64,000 bases of DNA from Lentisphaeria bacterium. GTDB lineage: Bacteria; Verrucomicrobiota; Lentisphaeria; Victivallales; UBA1829. Shown here in pieces: positions 37,278 to 46,445 of the stretch (its first letter is position 1; each line of letters starts with the position of its first letter). The stretch spans positions 4,347 to 68,346 of the forward strand of contig JAFVTF010000074.1 of assembly GCA_017503375.1 (NCBI GenBank). The letters are read 5' to 3'. The notes under the pieces were generated by a model. That model had not been told where the DNA came from and searched no databases. It saw only the letters and a program-made list of their open reading frames with translations. A program made the translations under genes and the position numbers.

Positions 37278-38067
37278 GGCAATTTTCAGTATATACCTGA
37301 AACGCATCGCAGATTTCCCGGATCGTATCAGGTAATCTGCGTTCAATATCCTGTATGATATTGTAAGGCATATCCTTATAATACGCAAGCGCGATTCCTC
37401 CGGTGATCGCTGCGATCGTATCACTGTCGCCGCCAACGCTGATAGCGTTTCTGAGAGCATCTTCATAATCCGTTGATTCCAGAAATGCCAGAAGTGCAAC
37501 CGGCAAGGTTCCCTGACAGGAAACATCAAACGTATAATCCGGACGGATATCATCCAGTGTTTGAGATGAAAGATCATATCCGAACCGGAGTTCCATTTCA
37601 TTTTTAATTTCTTCTTTTGAAGCATTTTCTTTTGCCATAAATACAGCAAGAGCGGTCGCCTGAGCTCCTTTGATTCCTTCCGGATGATTATGGGTGACTT
37701 CAGCAGAAGCCTTCGCTTCACTCAACACTTCATCAAAACTTTTTGCCACGAATCCGACGGGACTGACCCGCATGGCAGACCCGTTTCCCCAGCTGTTGTA
37801 CGGTTGAGGATTTCTGCTCTTCAGCCACTTCCGGAAACTGCCGCCGTAACCGGCGCGCGGATACATATTTCCCCATTTGTAATAGGCTTCTTTATATGAA
37901 ATTTTATTTATGATTGCATCGGCTGTCGCGATTGTCAGCACAGAATCATCTGTTAACTGAGATTCCTCATCAAACAAGAGAAAATCCTTATGTTTAATAT
38001 TATTCCATTCAAATCTTGAACCGGCAATATCTCCACCCAATGCTCCGTATAAAAAACAAGTTTTCAT
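37261..38067 (-). CDS. ADP-ribosylglycohydrolase (DraG/ARH family)
   Basis: GALGGDIAG, TDDS, GNGSAMRVSP, THNHPEG, GGDSDTIAAITG. Confidence 0.93.
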   Translation of the reverse strand: MKTCFLYGALGGDIAGSRFEWNNIKHKDFLLFDEESQLTDDSVLTIATADAIINKISYKEAYYKWGNMYPRAGYGGSFRKWLKSRNPQPYNSWGNGSAMRVSPVGFVAKSFDEVLSEAKASAEVTHNHPEGIKGAQATALAVFMAKENASKEEIKNEMELRFGYDLSSQTLDDIRPDYTFDVSCQGTLPVALLAFLESTDYEDALRNAISVGGDSDTIAAITGGIALAYYKDMPYNIIQDIERRLPDTIREICDAFQVYTENCLKAQN

Positions 38068-38083
38068 TTTGCTCCAACCTTAA

Positions 38084-38812
38084 TTACAAACTCTGATCAA
38101 ACAGCCAGCGGAATACCTCTTCATCGGAATAAGCAGGCGTCCAGGAGGCATGTTTCACACCGGGAAATTCTGTATATCTGACAGGCGCATTCAACCTGTT
38201 CAGTTCAGCATAAAGTTTTCTTGAATTTTCTACCGGAACGACATCATCGGCATCGCCGTGAAAAATCCAGACTGGCAGATCAGAGATTTTTTTCATGGAT
38301 TGCACATCCCCGCCGCCGCAGACAGGGATAGCCGCTGCAGTAATATTGCGGTAACGTGTGATAAAATCCCATGTACCGAATCCGCCCATAGATTGACCTA
38401 TGATATAAACCCGCTTTGCATCGATTCTCTCATCGGTCTTTAGGATATGCAGAACAAGTTCGTATGCGGCTTCCAGAGAGGGCAGGGGATCTGCTGTCTG
38501 GTGATGCTCTGTCAAAGTCCAGTCATGATCAGCCCATTTCATCGGATAATGTGTTTTCGGAACCAGAACTACAGCCGGGTAATCTTTTTTGACCATACAG
38601 AGACATTGTCCCGGCAGTTCATGAAAATCCGGAACCCAGCTGCCTGCTCCATGCAAATGGAGTATCAACGGATATTTCTGTCCGTCTTTCATTTCCGGCA
38701 ACAACAGCGTATACGGGAGGACATGTCCGCTTTTTGCAGTAAATTCACTCTTGATTATTTGATCGGGAACCGCGGAAATACATTCCGGTTTTTCGCAATA
38801 TTCAGGTTTCAT
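38084..38812 (-). CDS. alpha/beta hydrolase (carboxylesterase / peptidase S9-like)
   Basis: LHGAG, GQSMGG nucleophile elbow, FHGDADDVVP, HASW. Confidence 0.85.
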   Translation of the reverse strand: MKPEYCEKPECISAVPDQIIKSEFTAKSGHVLPYTLLLPEMKDGQKYPLILHLHGAGSWVPDFHELPGQCLCMVKKDYPAVVLVPKTHYPMKWADHDWTLTEHHQTADPLPSLEAAYELVLHILKTDERIDAKRVYIIGQSMGGFGTWDFITRYRNITAAAIPVCGGGDVQSMKKISDLPVWIFHGDADDVVPVENSRKLYAELNRLNAPVRYTEFPGVKHASWTPAYSDEEVFRWLFDQSL

Positions 38813-38815
38813 TTC

Positions 38816-39457
38816 TCAATCCTTTTGAGCTATTTTCTTTCCGGGCTCTTTCGGAATTTTCAGTTTTTCATTCAGAATAACATATTCCACATATTTCCTG
38901 CAAACTTTTTCTGCGTATCTTCCCACAGGTTTGTGAGCCATTACCATATCGGTATCATCATTATACAAAGCCATCCATTCCAGCAGGCGTGATCTTCCTG
39001 CATTATATTCAGCCAATGCCATTCTCAGAAAATCAGGATTTTTATACCAGCGTCTCAACGCTCTGGTAATGTACCATGTTCCGATTTCAATATTCAGCTC
39101 CGGCTGATACATTTCTTCAGGTGTCGGTTGTTTCACACCTTTGGATTCTGCCCAATCAGCGGCTGCTGCATGACGGATCTGCATCAAACCGATTTCACCA
39201 TCCTTTCCGACTTTTTGCGGACAGAATGAACTTTCTGTAAAAATGATCGCTTTGACCAGCATGGGGTCAACTCCATGCTTAGCAGCAGATGTTTCAATTA
39301 TTTTTTCATATTTCAATTCTCTGTTTGACAGAGATTCCTGAGCATAAAGATTTGCCGAAAAGAAGAGCAATACGGCAGCAATGATGCACAGGAACATTCC
39401 GGCAGGAAATCTGAAAAAAGATACAGAACCCCTTCCGGTCCGAACCGGGTTACTCAT
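38816..39457 (-). CDS. lytic transglycosylase (SLT domain)
   Basis: AIIFTESSF, GLMQI, NIEIG, AEYNAG; N-terminal TM/signal segment. Confidence 0.9.
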   Translation of the reverse strand: MSNPVRTGRGSVSFFRFPAGMFLCIIAAVLLFFSANLYAQESLSNRELKYEKIIETSAAKHGVDPMLVKAIIFTESSFCPQKVGKDGEIGLMQIRHAAAADWAESKGVKQPTPEEMYQPELNIEIGTWYITRALRRWYKNPDFLRMALAEYNAGRSRLLEWMALYNDDTDMVMAHKPVGRYAEKVCRKYVEYVILNEKLKIPKEPGKKIAQKD

Positions 39458-39514
39458 TGAAAATCCTTTCTGTTTTCTTTCGGATTGTCATCTGTAAAAC
39501 AGAACAGAGACAAC

Positions 39515-39549
39515 AGAAGAGTCTGAATCTCAAAGACTCAGGCTCTTCT
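39515..39549. terminator. stem-loop downstream of the HlyD gene
   Basis: AGAAGAGTCTGA...TCAGGCTCTTCT. Confidence 0.55.
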
Positions 39550-39587
39550 TATTAATATAGCACAGTTTTTGAAAAATGCAAGAAATG

Positions 39588-40781
39588 TTACTTTTTCGGC
39601 TGATTCGCCTTTTCTCCGGTCTTTCCGGAAATGGCAGATTTCTTAAATGCTTCCACTCTGCGTTTCAAACCTTTCATGCGCCGTTTGACATAATCTTCGC
39701 TCTTGATTCCGAGAAGAACAAAGAGAATCCGTTCACGTCCTGTCAGAATCGTAATTTCACAGGAGGAACCGAAACGGAGAGGATAAGGTTCATCTGTCAA
39801 AATCAGTTTCACCGGATAAAAACGCCGTCCGTCAACTTCCACCGGCAGCTGATAAACATAATCAACTTCCCCATAGAAATATCCATAATCCAGATAATTA
39901 TACTGGGTACTGATGATTCGGGCTTTCTGTCCGGATTTCACCTTGTAAACCTGATTTTCATTCACCAGAGCGACGACTTTTTTGTATTGGTCTGCGGAAA
40001 ATTTAACAACAACATCCCCTTTTGAATAGTAATTTCCGGGGCGCGGCGGGATATCCGTCACGATTCCATGATCAGGAGCTAGAATGGTATAATCTTCCAA
40101 ATGACGTTCTTCCATTTTAAGCTGATCTTTTTTATTGGCGAGCAGCTGCTTCATCTGCTTGATCTCTTCTTCCGCTTTCTGGATAATTTCTTTTGCAAGA
40201 CCGGTTTGCAGGGTTTTCCAGTCTTCTTTCAAACGTGCAAGACTCATCTTATTGGAAAGATGATCCATCTCAACTTTCAGGAATTCTTTTCTGGAAATAA
40301 CTTTTTTCTGATAAAGATCACTGTAAACTTCCAACTCTTTTTCAGACCGCTGAAAGCGTTCATCCGCTTCCTGCAGCTGAATTTTTGTATGACGGTAATG
40401 AGTCGGAAGCGGGTCCCGTTTCAGAATAGCCAGGTCTTTACTCTTGACTTCAAGAGCAATTTCCATTTCTTTGATTTCATTTTTGATTTGTTTAATTGCG
40501 TCCAACTGATTCCGGTTATCGAACTGCAGCAGTTTTTCCCCACGCTGAACAGCCTCTCCGGAATGTTTGTAGACCTCTGTAATCTTGGCATTGACAAGCG
40601 TTTTTATTTCATACTGACGGACGCCTTCCACGTTTCCGATTCCATTGACTTCATCATCCATGTGTCCGATAGTGATAACAACAACCAGAACAATGAACAG
40701 GAAGAGAACAAACCAGATAATATGACGGAAAAAGCGGAGCTGTTCCTTGATATTGATTTTCGGCGGAAGCTGATTACTCAT
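39588..40781 (-). CDS. HlyD-family membrane fusion protein
   Basis: N-terminal TM, lipoyl-like halves (GEAVQRGEKLL / ILAPDHGIV) flanking a long coiled coil. Confidence 0.85.
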   Translation of the reverse strand: MSNQLPPKINIKEQLRFFRHIIWFVLFLFIVLVVVITIGHMDDEVNGIGNVEGVRQYEIKTLVNAKITEVYKHSGEAVQRGEKLLQFDNRNQLDAIKQIKNEIKEMEIALEVKSKDLAILKRDPLPTHYRHTKIQLQEADERFQRSEKELEVYSDLYQKKVISRKEFLKVEMDHLSNKMSLARLKEDWKTLQTGLAKEIIQKAEEEIKQMKQLLANKKDQLKMEERHLEDYTILAPDHGIVTDIPPRPGNYYSKGDVVVKFSADQYKKVVALVNENQVYKVKSGQKARIISTQYNYLDYGYFYGEVDYVYQLPVEVDGRRFYPVKLILTDEPYPLRFGSSCEITILTGRERILFVLLGIKSEDYVKRRMKGLKRRVEAFKKSAISGKTGEKANQPKK

Positions 40782-42571
40782 GATAAGTCTCCTTTCGCCA
40801 TTTTTTTCTGTTTTTCGTACAGGTCTTTATAAACCCCATTCTGAGCCATCAGCTCTTCATGGGTTCCTTTCTGAACCATCTTTCCTGCATCGATCACGAT
40901 GATCTTATCTGCATTCTGGACTGTTGAAAGCCGGTGGGCAATAATAATCGTTGTTTTTCCTTCCATCAAGCGGTCAAGTGCCTGCTGGACCAATGCTTCA
41001 GAAAGGGTATCCAAAGCACTGGTGGCTTCGTCCAGAATCAGAATGCTGGGATTCTTCAGCACTGCACGGGCAATGGCAAGACGCTGCTTCTGTCCGCCGG
41101 AGAGGGTTGCACCGTTTTCTCCCAGGACTGTATCATAACCATTCGGCATACCGTAAACGAACTCTGCCACGTTCGCCAGTTCAGCGGCATGAATGATTTC
41201 ATCCATTGTTGCATCCGGTTTTGCATACGCAATATTTTCCCGGATTGTTCCCGAGAACAGGAACGGTTCCTGAAGAACCACACCAATCTGTTTCCGATAG
41301 GCTTCCAATCCCATGCGGCGGACGTCTATGCCGTCAACCCGGATTGCTCCGCCTGTAACATCATAAAAACGGAGAAGCAGGTTTGTTACGGTAGATTTAC
41401 CGGAACCGCTGGGCCCGACCAATGCGACTTTTTCACCGGGCTTCACATCCAGTGTAAAGTTGCTGATAGTGGGAACCGCAGCATCTTTCTTATAGGTAAA
41501 GGTGACATTATCGAATTCAATTCTTCCGACAAGAGACTGCGGTTGGACCGGATGTTCCACTTCTTTGATTTCCGGAATTGTATTCAGAATATTCATAATA
41601 CGGGAGGCTCCGACCAAACCTTGAGAGAGTGTGAGAGAAAGACTTGAAATAATGGAAATAGGCTGAAGAAGCAATCCCACGTAACTGTAGAATGCAACAA
41701 ATTCTCCGATCGTTACTGAGCCGTCCTGAACATATCGGATACCAAAACCGATGGTCAGCAGATAGGTGAAAACTGTCAGGATATCACTGCATGACACTTG
41801 CAGAATTCCGTCAACTGTAACTTTCATCTGCAATTCCACGATCGGACGCAATGTTTTGAAGAACCGGAGGGATTCCCCGTGTTCCCGGGCAAATGATTTC
41901 ACAATTTTAACGCCCATGAGTGTTTCCGACAATGTGGCTGAAATTTCGGAAGTCTTTTCCTGAACATGCATAAAGTCTTTTCTAACAACCTTCTGAAAAT
42001 ACCGGAAGTTCAAAAAGTGAAGCGGCATGGTCAGGAATATAATCAAAGCCATCTGCCAGTTGATAAAGAACAGAAGCACAGAAATCAGCAGCAGCTGGAA
42101 GAACTGTTCACTGAACTGGGTAACTGTACGGATCAGCATATTCACCAGCGCAACGTCACTGATCATATTGGAGATCAGTTTCCCGGTCCGGTATTCCTGA
42201 TAAAATCTCAAAGAGAGACTCTGAAGATGTTTGAATACCTTCTGGCGCATATCCACCACAATACGGACCCCGGTATAGTCCACCATATACATGGCAACAT
42301 AACGCAGCAAGAATCTTGCCAGATAGATGATTGCCATCAATCCGCAAAGAATCCAGAACAACAGGTAGTCTGAGTTCGGAAGGATCCGGTCGATAGCAAT
42401 CTTCAGCATCCATGGCATGACCAGACCAATCATATTGAACATGATGTAGGTCGTAGTTGCTGCAATCAGCATCCATTTATACTGTAAGAAAATAGGAATA
42501 ACTTTCGCAAAAGTTTCTCTTTTGCTTCCGGCATGTGGCTCCTTTTCGGAAGGAGACGAATTTTTCATCAT
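40778..42571 (-). CDS. ABC exporter, permease plus ATPase
   Basis: TMD, GPSGSGKS, LSGGQKQR, ILDEATSALD, IAHRLST. Confidence 0.95.
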   Translation of the reverse strand: MMKNSSPSEKEPHAGSKRETFAKVIPIFLQYKWMLIAATTTYIMFNMIGLVMPWMLKIAIDRILPNSDYLLFWILCGLMAIIYLARFLLRYVAMYMVDYTGVRIVVDMRQKVFKHLQSLSLRFYQEYRTGKLISNMISDVALVNMLIRTVTQFSEQFFQLLLISVLLFFINWQMALIIFLTMPLHFLNFRYFQKVVRKDFMHVQEKTSEISATLSETLMGVKIVKSFAREHGESLRFFKTLRPIVELQMKVTVDGILQVSCSDILTVFTYLLTIGFGIRYVQDGSVTIGEFVAFYSYVGLLLQPISIISSLSLTLSQGLVGASRIMNILNTIPEIKEVEHPVQPQSLVGRIEFDNVTFTYKKDAAVPTISNFTLDVKPGEKVALVGPSGSGKSTVTNLLLRFYDVTGGAIRVDGIDVRRMGLEAYRKQIGVVLQEPFLFSGTIRENIAYAKPDATMDEIIHAAELANVAEFVYGMPNGYDTVLGENGATLSGGQKQRLAIARAVLKNPSILILDEATSALDTLSEALVQQALDRLMEGKTTIIIAHRLSTVQNADKIIVIDAGKMVQKGTHEELMAQNGVYKDLYEKQKKMAKGDLS

Positions 42572-42749
42572 GACCTGTAAAACTCCAATTTTTATTTCAG
42601 GTTTTTGACGGGTTAGCCTATAAGAACGTGTAATCTAACTCCCCAAATGAATATTTCAAGCGGATTTTTTTTACAAAAAGAAAAAACTTTCGACTTTTTT
42701 TGAGTTATATCGAACCTGTTCCCGGTTACAGTGTAAATTTCACCTGGTT

Positions 42750-43400
42750 TTACTTTACCGGCAGGGTATCTTCGACCAGATAGCGATCTGAATCTTTCAT
42801 ATTGACAAGTTTCTGCTGAAAAATCAGAATTTTCTCATAGATATCTTTTCTTTTTGATTTCGGGAATTTCTCTATCAATTCCGTTGCTTTTTCAAAATCT
42901 TCTGCCCTTCTTGCAATATCGATCATCTGCAGTTTATAATCCGTCGATTGTTTATGATAACCTTTCTGCATCTTGCAGAATAAAGATTTTTTCCGCATTT
43001 CTTTTGCGAATTCTCTATCATGACGATCATCAGCAATCCATGCAGCTTTGAGAAACAAATCGGCGGCTGCTTCGTAATCTTCCGGTGTATACAAAAGTTT
43101 TATCTGTGCCGCCAGTTCGTAGAGTTTTTCTGTTGCGGGATTATTTGAGTCCGATGTGCAATCTTTCTTGATCAGTTTCTGAAAATCCGGATGCTCCGGC
43201 GGTTCTTTTGAAATGTCCATTCCTGTATAGCCGCATTCCGGGCAATGCTGAATCAGGTGATAAATAAGCGCTCGTCTCATCGGGGCAGGGCGCAAGTCAA
43301 GATCGGGAGAACCGAATTCATTCGTTGACATGACCTGCCTTGCAAAAACAGGAGAACCGCAATTTTTACAGATAACATTGAGAGGGTAAAGTGTTGTCAT
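42750..43400 (-). CDS. DUF2225-like zinc-ribbon/helical protein
   Basis: CKNCG...DLDLRP...CPECGY...LKAAWIADD; start placed at ATG 43400. Confidence 0.7.
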   Translation of the reverse strand: MTTLYPLNVICKNCGSPVFARQVMSTNEFGSPDLDLRPAPMRRALIYHLIQHCPECGYTGMDISKEPPEHPDFQKLIKKDCTSDSNNPATEKLYELAAQIKLLYTPEDYEAAADLFLKAAWIADDRHDREFAKEMRKKSLFCKMQKGYHKQSTDYKLQMIDIARRAEDFEKATELIEKFPKSKRKDIYEKILIFQQKLVNMKDSDRYLVEDTLPVK

Positions 43401-43574
43401 AATTTTATCCTTTCTATTGGTTTGTTTATATATAGTACGCTGTCTTTTGAAAAAAATGCACAGATATCCCATAATTTTTCTGTAAAAAGCAGGGGGAAAG
43501 TCGTTTTTTTATTTGCAAAAACAGGAAAAGCTGTTATTTTAACCATAACGTTAAAAACAAACGGAGAATAAACA

Positions 43575-44375
43575 ATGAATTCTTTCACAAAAATTGCTGT
43601 TTGTGCAATGGCTTTTGCCGGACTTTCCATTGCATCCGCTGAAACCGTAAATCTTGCAGATAAGACGTTTCTGAAGAAATCTTTCGGAGATTTTTCTGCA
43701 ACAGGAAAAGAATTTACAACCAAGGGGATGACATATCTGTTTGGTTCAAAATCTTTTGATGTCGATCCCGCAAAGAAAATCAGTTTCAAACTTACAGTTT
43801 CCGGAAAACTTGAAAAAAATGCCCGTGTCTATGTCGGTTTCAACCTCATGGATGCAAAAGGACGTGGTTACCAGGCGATTGCATGGCAGGGAATTACAAC
43901 ATCTTTCACTCAGTTGACCCGTGCCGCCAAGAAGGGCGATACTGTCATTTACGTGAAGAACGGCGGCGCATGGTCTACAGCTTCAACTGTTTACATTGCA
44001 CTTAATGCAAAAGAAGATGGTTCTGATTTGCCGAATACGAAAATTGCTATGAACAATATCAAGACCAAAGTTAAAAAAGGTGATGAGTGGGAAATGACCC
44101 TGAAGACTCCTTTGAAGGTTGATATTGCAGCAGGAACAAATGTCCGTCAGCATATTGCGGGCGGTTATTATTATTGCGCGATCAAAGATATCAAACCGAC
44201 AGATAAGGAAGTTGTTCTGACCGGTGCTGTTCAGGGATTTGCGAAAACAGTCGGCGGTTTCAATGGTAAAAACTGGCCCATCGGTGTGAAAAAAGTTAAT
44301 TTCCTGATTTTGGCTGACTGGGGAAAAACAGGCGCAGTTCTTAATTTCAAAGATGCTTCTCTTGTTGTTGAATAA
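43575..44375 (+). CDS. secreted hypothetical protein (beta-rich, CBM-like)
   Basis: Signal peptide ending ASA; GGAG RBS; has its own promoter and terminator. Confidence 0.75.
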   Translation: MNSFTKIAVCAMAFAGLSIASAETVNLADKTFLKKSFGDFSATGKEFTTKGMTYLFGSKSFDVDPAKKISFKLTVSGKLEKNARVYVGFNLMDAKGRGYQAIAWQGITTSFTQLTRAAKKGDTVIYVKNGGAWSTASTVYIALNAKEDGSDLPNTKIAMNNIKTKVKKGDEWEMTLKTPLKVDIAAGTNVRQHIAGGYYYCAIKDIKPTDKEVVLTGAVQGFAKTVGGFNGKNWPIGVKKVNFLILADWGKTGAVLNFKDASLVVE

Positions 44376-44396
44376 GATTCGTTTTTGATTGTACAT

Positions 44397-44431
44397 GGCT
44401 CTACTGTTTTTTTTCCAGTGGAGCCTTTTTT
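44397..44431 (+). terminator. rho-independent terminator
   Basis: GGCTCTACTG-loop-CAGTGGAGCC-TTTTTT. Confidence 0.8.
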
Positions 44432-44450
44432 GTAAGTTGCAGGATTAAAA

Positions 44451-45290
44451 ATGAAAATTTATCATTATTGGCTCAAGAAAAAAGTTCGTTTGACAGATGA
44501 ACCGGGTCTGGATGCTGTGGTATACGGAAAATCCAATCTTTCAGAAGAAGATGCTCTTAAAGATCTGATGGAAACGGCAAAAATGATCCGCAGCCGCATT
44601 TTGAACGGTGAACGTTTCATAAAAAGCGAGGATTATGTCGCTCCCATCCGGGAGGAGTTTCTGGAAGAAATCTCTCCGGGAAATATTATTACACGGAATT
44701 ATTACGGGGCAGAAATCCTGAATACTGAAACCATGATTTTCGCAGATGTCGACTATAAATGTTTTAAGCGTCGCTATGTTCCCGGTTTTTTCGGCAGATT
44801 ATTCGGAAAAAAAGAAGAATCCGAGGCGGAATATCAAGATCGGGTTCAGACATCTGTCATAAATTCCATCAAGCAGGAATGGATTGAAAAATCCCATATC
44901 CGGGTTTACAGAACTCATTCCGGATACCGGGTTTTGTTTGCCGGACTTCAAATACAGCCGGGGTCCCGGGAATGTTACGATTTGCTTTGTTATATGAATT
45001 CCGATATCTTGTACAACCTTTTATGCCGGAAACAACAGTGCTGCCGCGCAAGGCTGACTCCGAAGCCCGGCCGGATTAAACAGCGTTCTCTAAGATTGAG
45101 ATATCCCTTTGAGGCAGAACAAACGGAAAAAATCAATGAATGGATTCAGGAGTATAATCAGAAGTCTGCACAATTTGCTGTGTGCAAATTGATCGCAACA
45201 TATGGACGGAATCCCGATGTTGAAGAGCAGAAGATCATAGCATATCACGATGAAAAGTGCAGGGCAAAAGAACGTCTTCCGCTGGCATAA
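44451..45290 (+). CDS. conserved-looking hypothetical protein (DxD and TxxGxR motifs)
   Basis: ITRNYYGAEILN, FADVD, VYRTHSGYRV, SDILY, RARLTPKP. Confidence 0.7.
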   Translation: MKIYHYWLKKKVRLTDEPGLDAVVYGKSNLSEEDALKDLMETAKMIRSRILNGERFIKSEDYVAPIREEFLEEISPGNIITRNYYGAEILNTETMIFADVDYKCFKRRYVPGFFGRLFGKKEESEAEYQDRVQTSVINSIKQEWIEKSHIRVYRTHSGYRVLFAGLQIQPGSRECYDLLCYMNSDILYNLLCRKQQCCRARLTPKPGRIKQRSLRLRYPFEAEQTEKINEWIQEYNQKSAQFAVCKLIATYGRNPDVEEQKIIAYHDEKCRAKERLPLA

Positions 45291-45313
45291 TATCTGAAAA
45301 TAAAACTTCTTCA

Positions 45314-45349
45314 GCATGGCAAAGGCAAATAGCTTTTTCCATGCTTTTT
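45314..45349 (+). terminator. rho-independent terminator
   Basis: AGCATGG...CCATGCT-TTTTT. Confidence 0.6.
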
Positions 45350-45454
45350 ATTTTTGAATCGATTTGATAATTATTCTCTCATCCCAAGACTTGATTTTTT
45401 GTGATTTTGAGGTATATTAATAAGATTGTCTGGAACTCAACAAGGATATTTATT

Positions 45455-46378
45455 ATGACACTTACAGCTTTTGCTTTGATCGTTTTTTCTGCGGTCCTTC
45501 ACGCTTCATGGAATCTGATTGCAAAGAAAAATCGCATGAGATTTGCTTTTTATACTCTGCTTTGTATTCCCGGTTCCCTGTTCTGGTCCAATGTTCAGTT
45601 CTGGACACCGATCCCGCTCTCCGGACTTCCCTGGACATTCTGGCTGATCATCGCAGCAACCATTTTTTCAGATGTTTTCATCTATTGTATCGGCGTAACG
45701 CAATCTTATAAACGCATGGATATGGCTTCAGCATATCCGATGATGCGTGCTCTGCCGATTCTGATGACCGCAGCCGCAACTGCAATTCTCGGCTGGGGAG
45801 CACCGCTTCCCTGGATTTCTGTTTTCGGTTTTCTTCTTGTTTTCTGCGGCTCCCTCATGATGCCGCTTCTGAAATTTTCTGATTTCAAAATTTCAAATTA
45901 TCTTACACCTACGATTTTCTTTGTCTTCCTGGCTGCGTTGGGGACAACCGGATATACGATCTTTGACAGCAAAGGTTTGGAGATCATCCGGGACTATTGT
46001 GCAGCAGAAGGGATGGAAATCCCCAAAGCAGTTCAGTCTCTGACTTATTATTCCACCCGGAGTTTATGTTTGGTTTCAACCCTGCTTATTACAACATTTA
46101 GTTTGAAAGAAGAACGGAACGCCTTTTTTGAATATTGGAGGGAGCGGAATTTTATGCCGTTCGTCGGCGGGATTTGTGCATCCGGCACGTACGTTCTTGT
46201 ATTGATTGCAATGAATTATGTGACCAATGTTTCTTACGTACAGGTATGCCGTCAATTGGGATTGCCGATTGGAATGGCTGCCGGAATCCTGGTTTTGAAG
46301 GAACGCAGCACTCCGGTCAAATGGGTTGGCGTTGCTTTAATTCTCATTGGTTTCGCAGTTGCGGTTCTTCTGAAATAA
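45455..46378 (+). CDS. EamA/DMT transporter
   Basis: SAVLHASWNLIAK, AYPMMR, YTIFD, VSYVQVCRQ, LKER; start placed at ATG 45455. Confidence 0.88.
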   Translation: MTLTAFALIVFSAVLHASWNLIAKKNRMRFAFYTLLCIPGSLFWSNVQFWTPIPLSGLPWTFWLIIAATIFSDVFIYCIGVTQSYKRMDMASAYPMMRALPILMTAAATAILGWGAPLPWISVFGFLLVFCGSLMMPLLKFSDFKISNYLTPTIFFVFLAALGTTGYTIFDSKGLEIIRDYCAAEGMEIPKAVQSLTYYSTRSLCLVSTLLITTFSLKEERNAFFEYWRERNFMPFVGGICASGTYVLVLIAMNYVTNVSYVQVCRQLGLPIGMAAGILVLKERSTPVKWVGVALILIGFAVAVLLK

Positions 46379-46445
46379 TCATTTCAGATAGGGCAGGGGA
46401 GCTTTTCTGCCTTGTGATGCGGAGAACCGTATGTCAGCTGAAAAT

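Noticed and set aside
37261-38067. ADP-ribosylglycohydrolase as part of a toxin-antitoxin or DraT/DraG system
   Set aside because: No ADP-ribosyltransferase, macrodomain or nitrogenase partner lies nearby.
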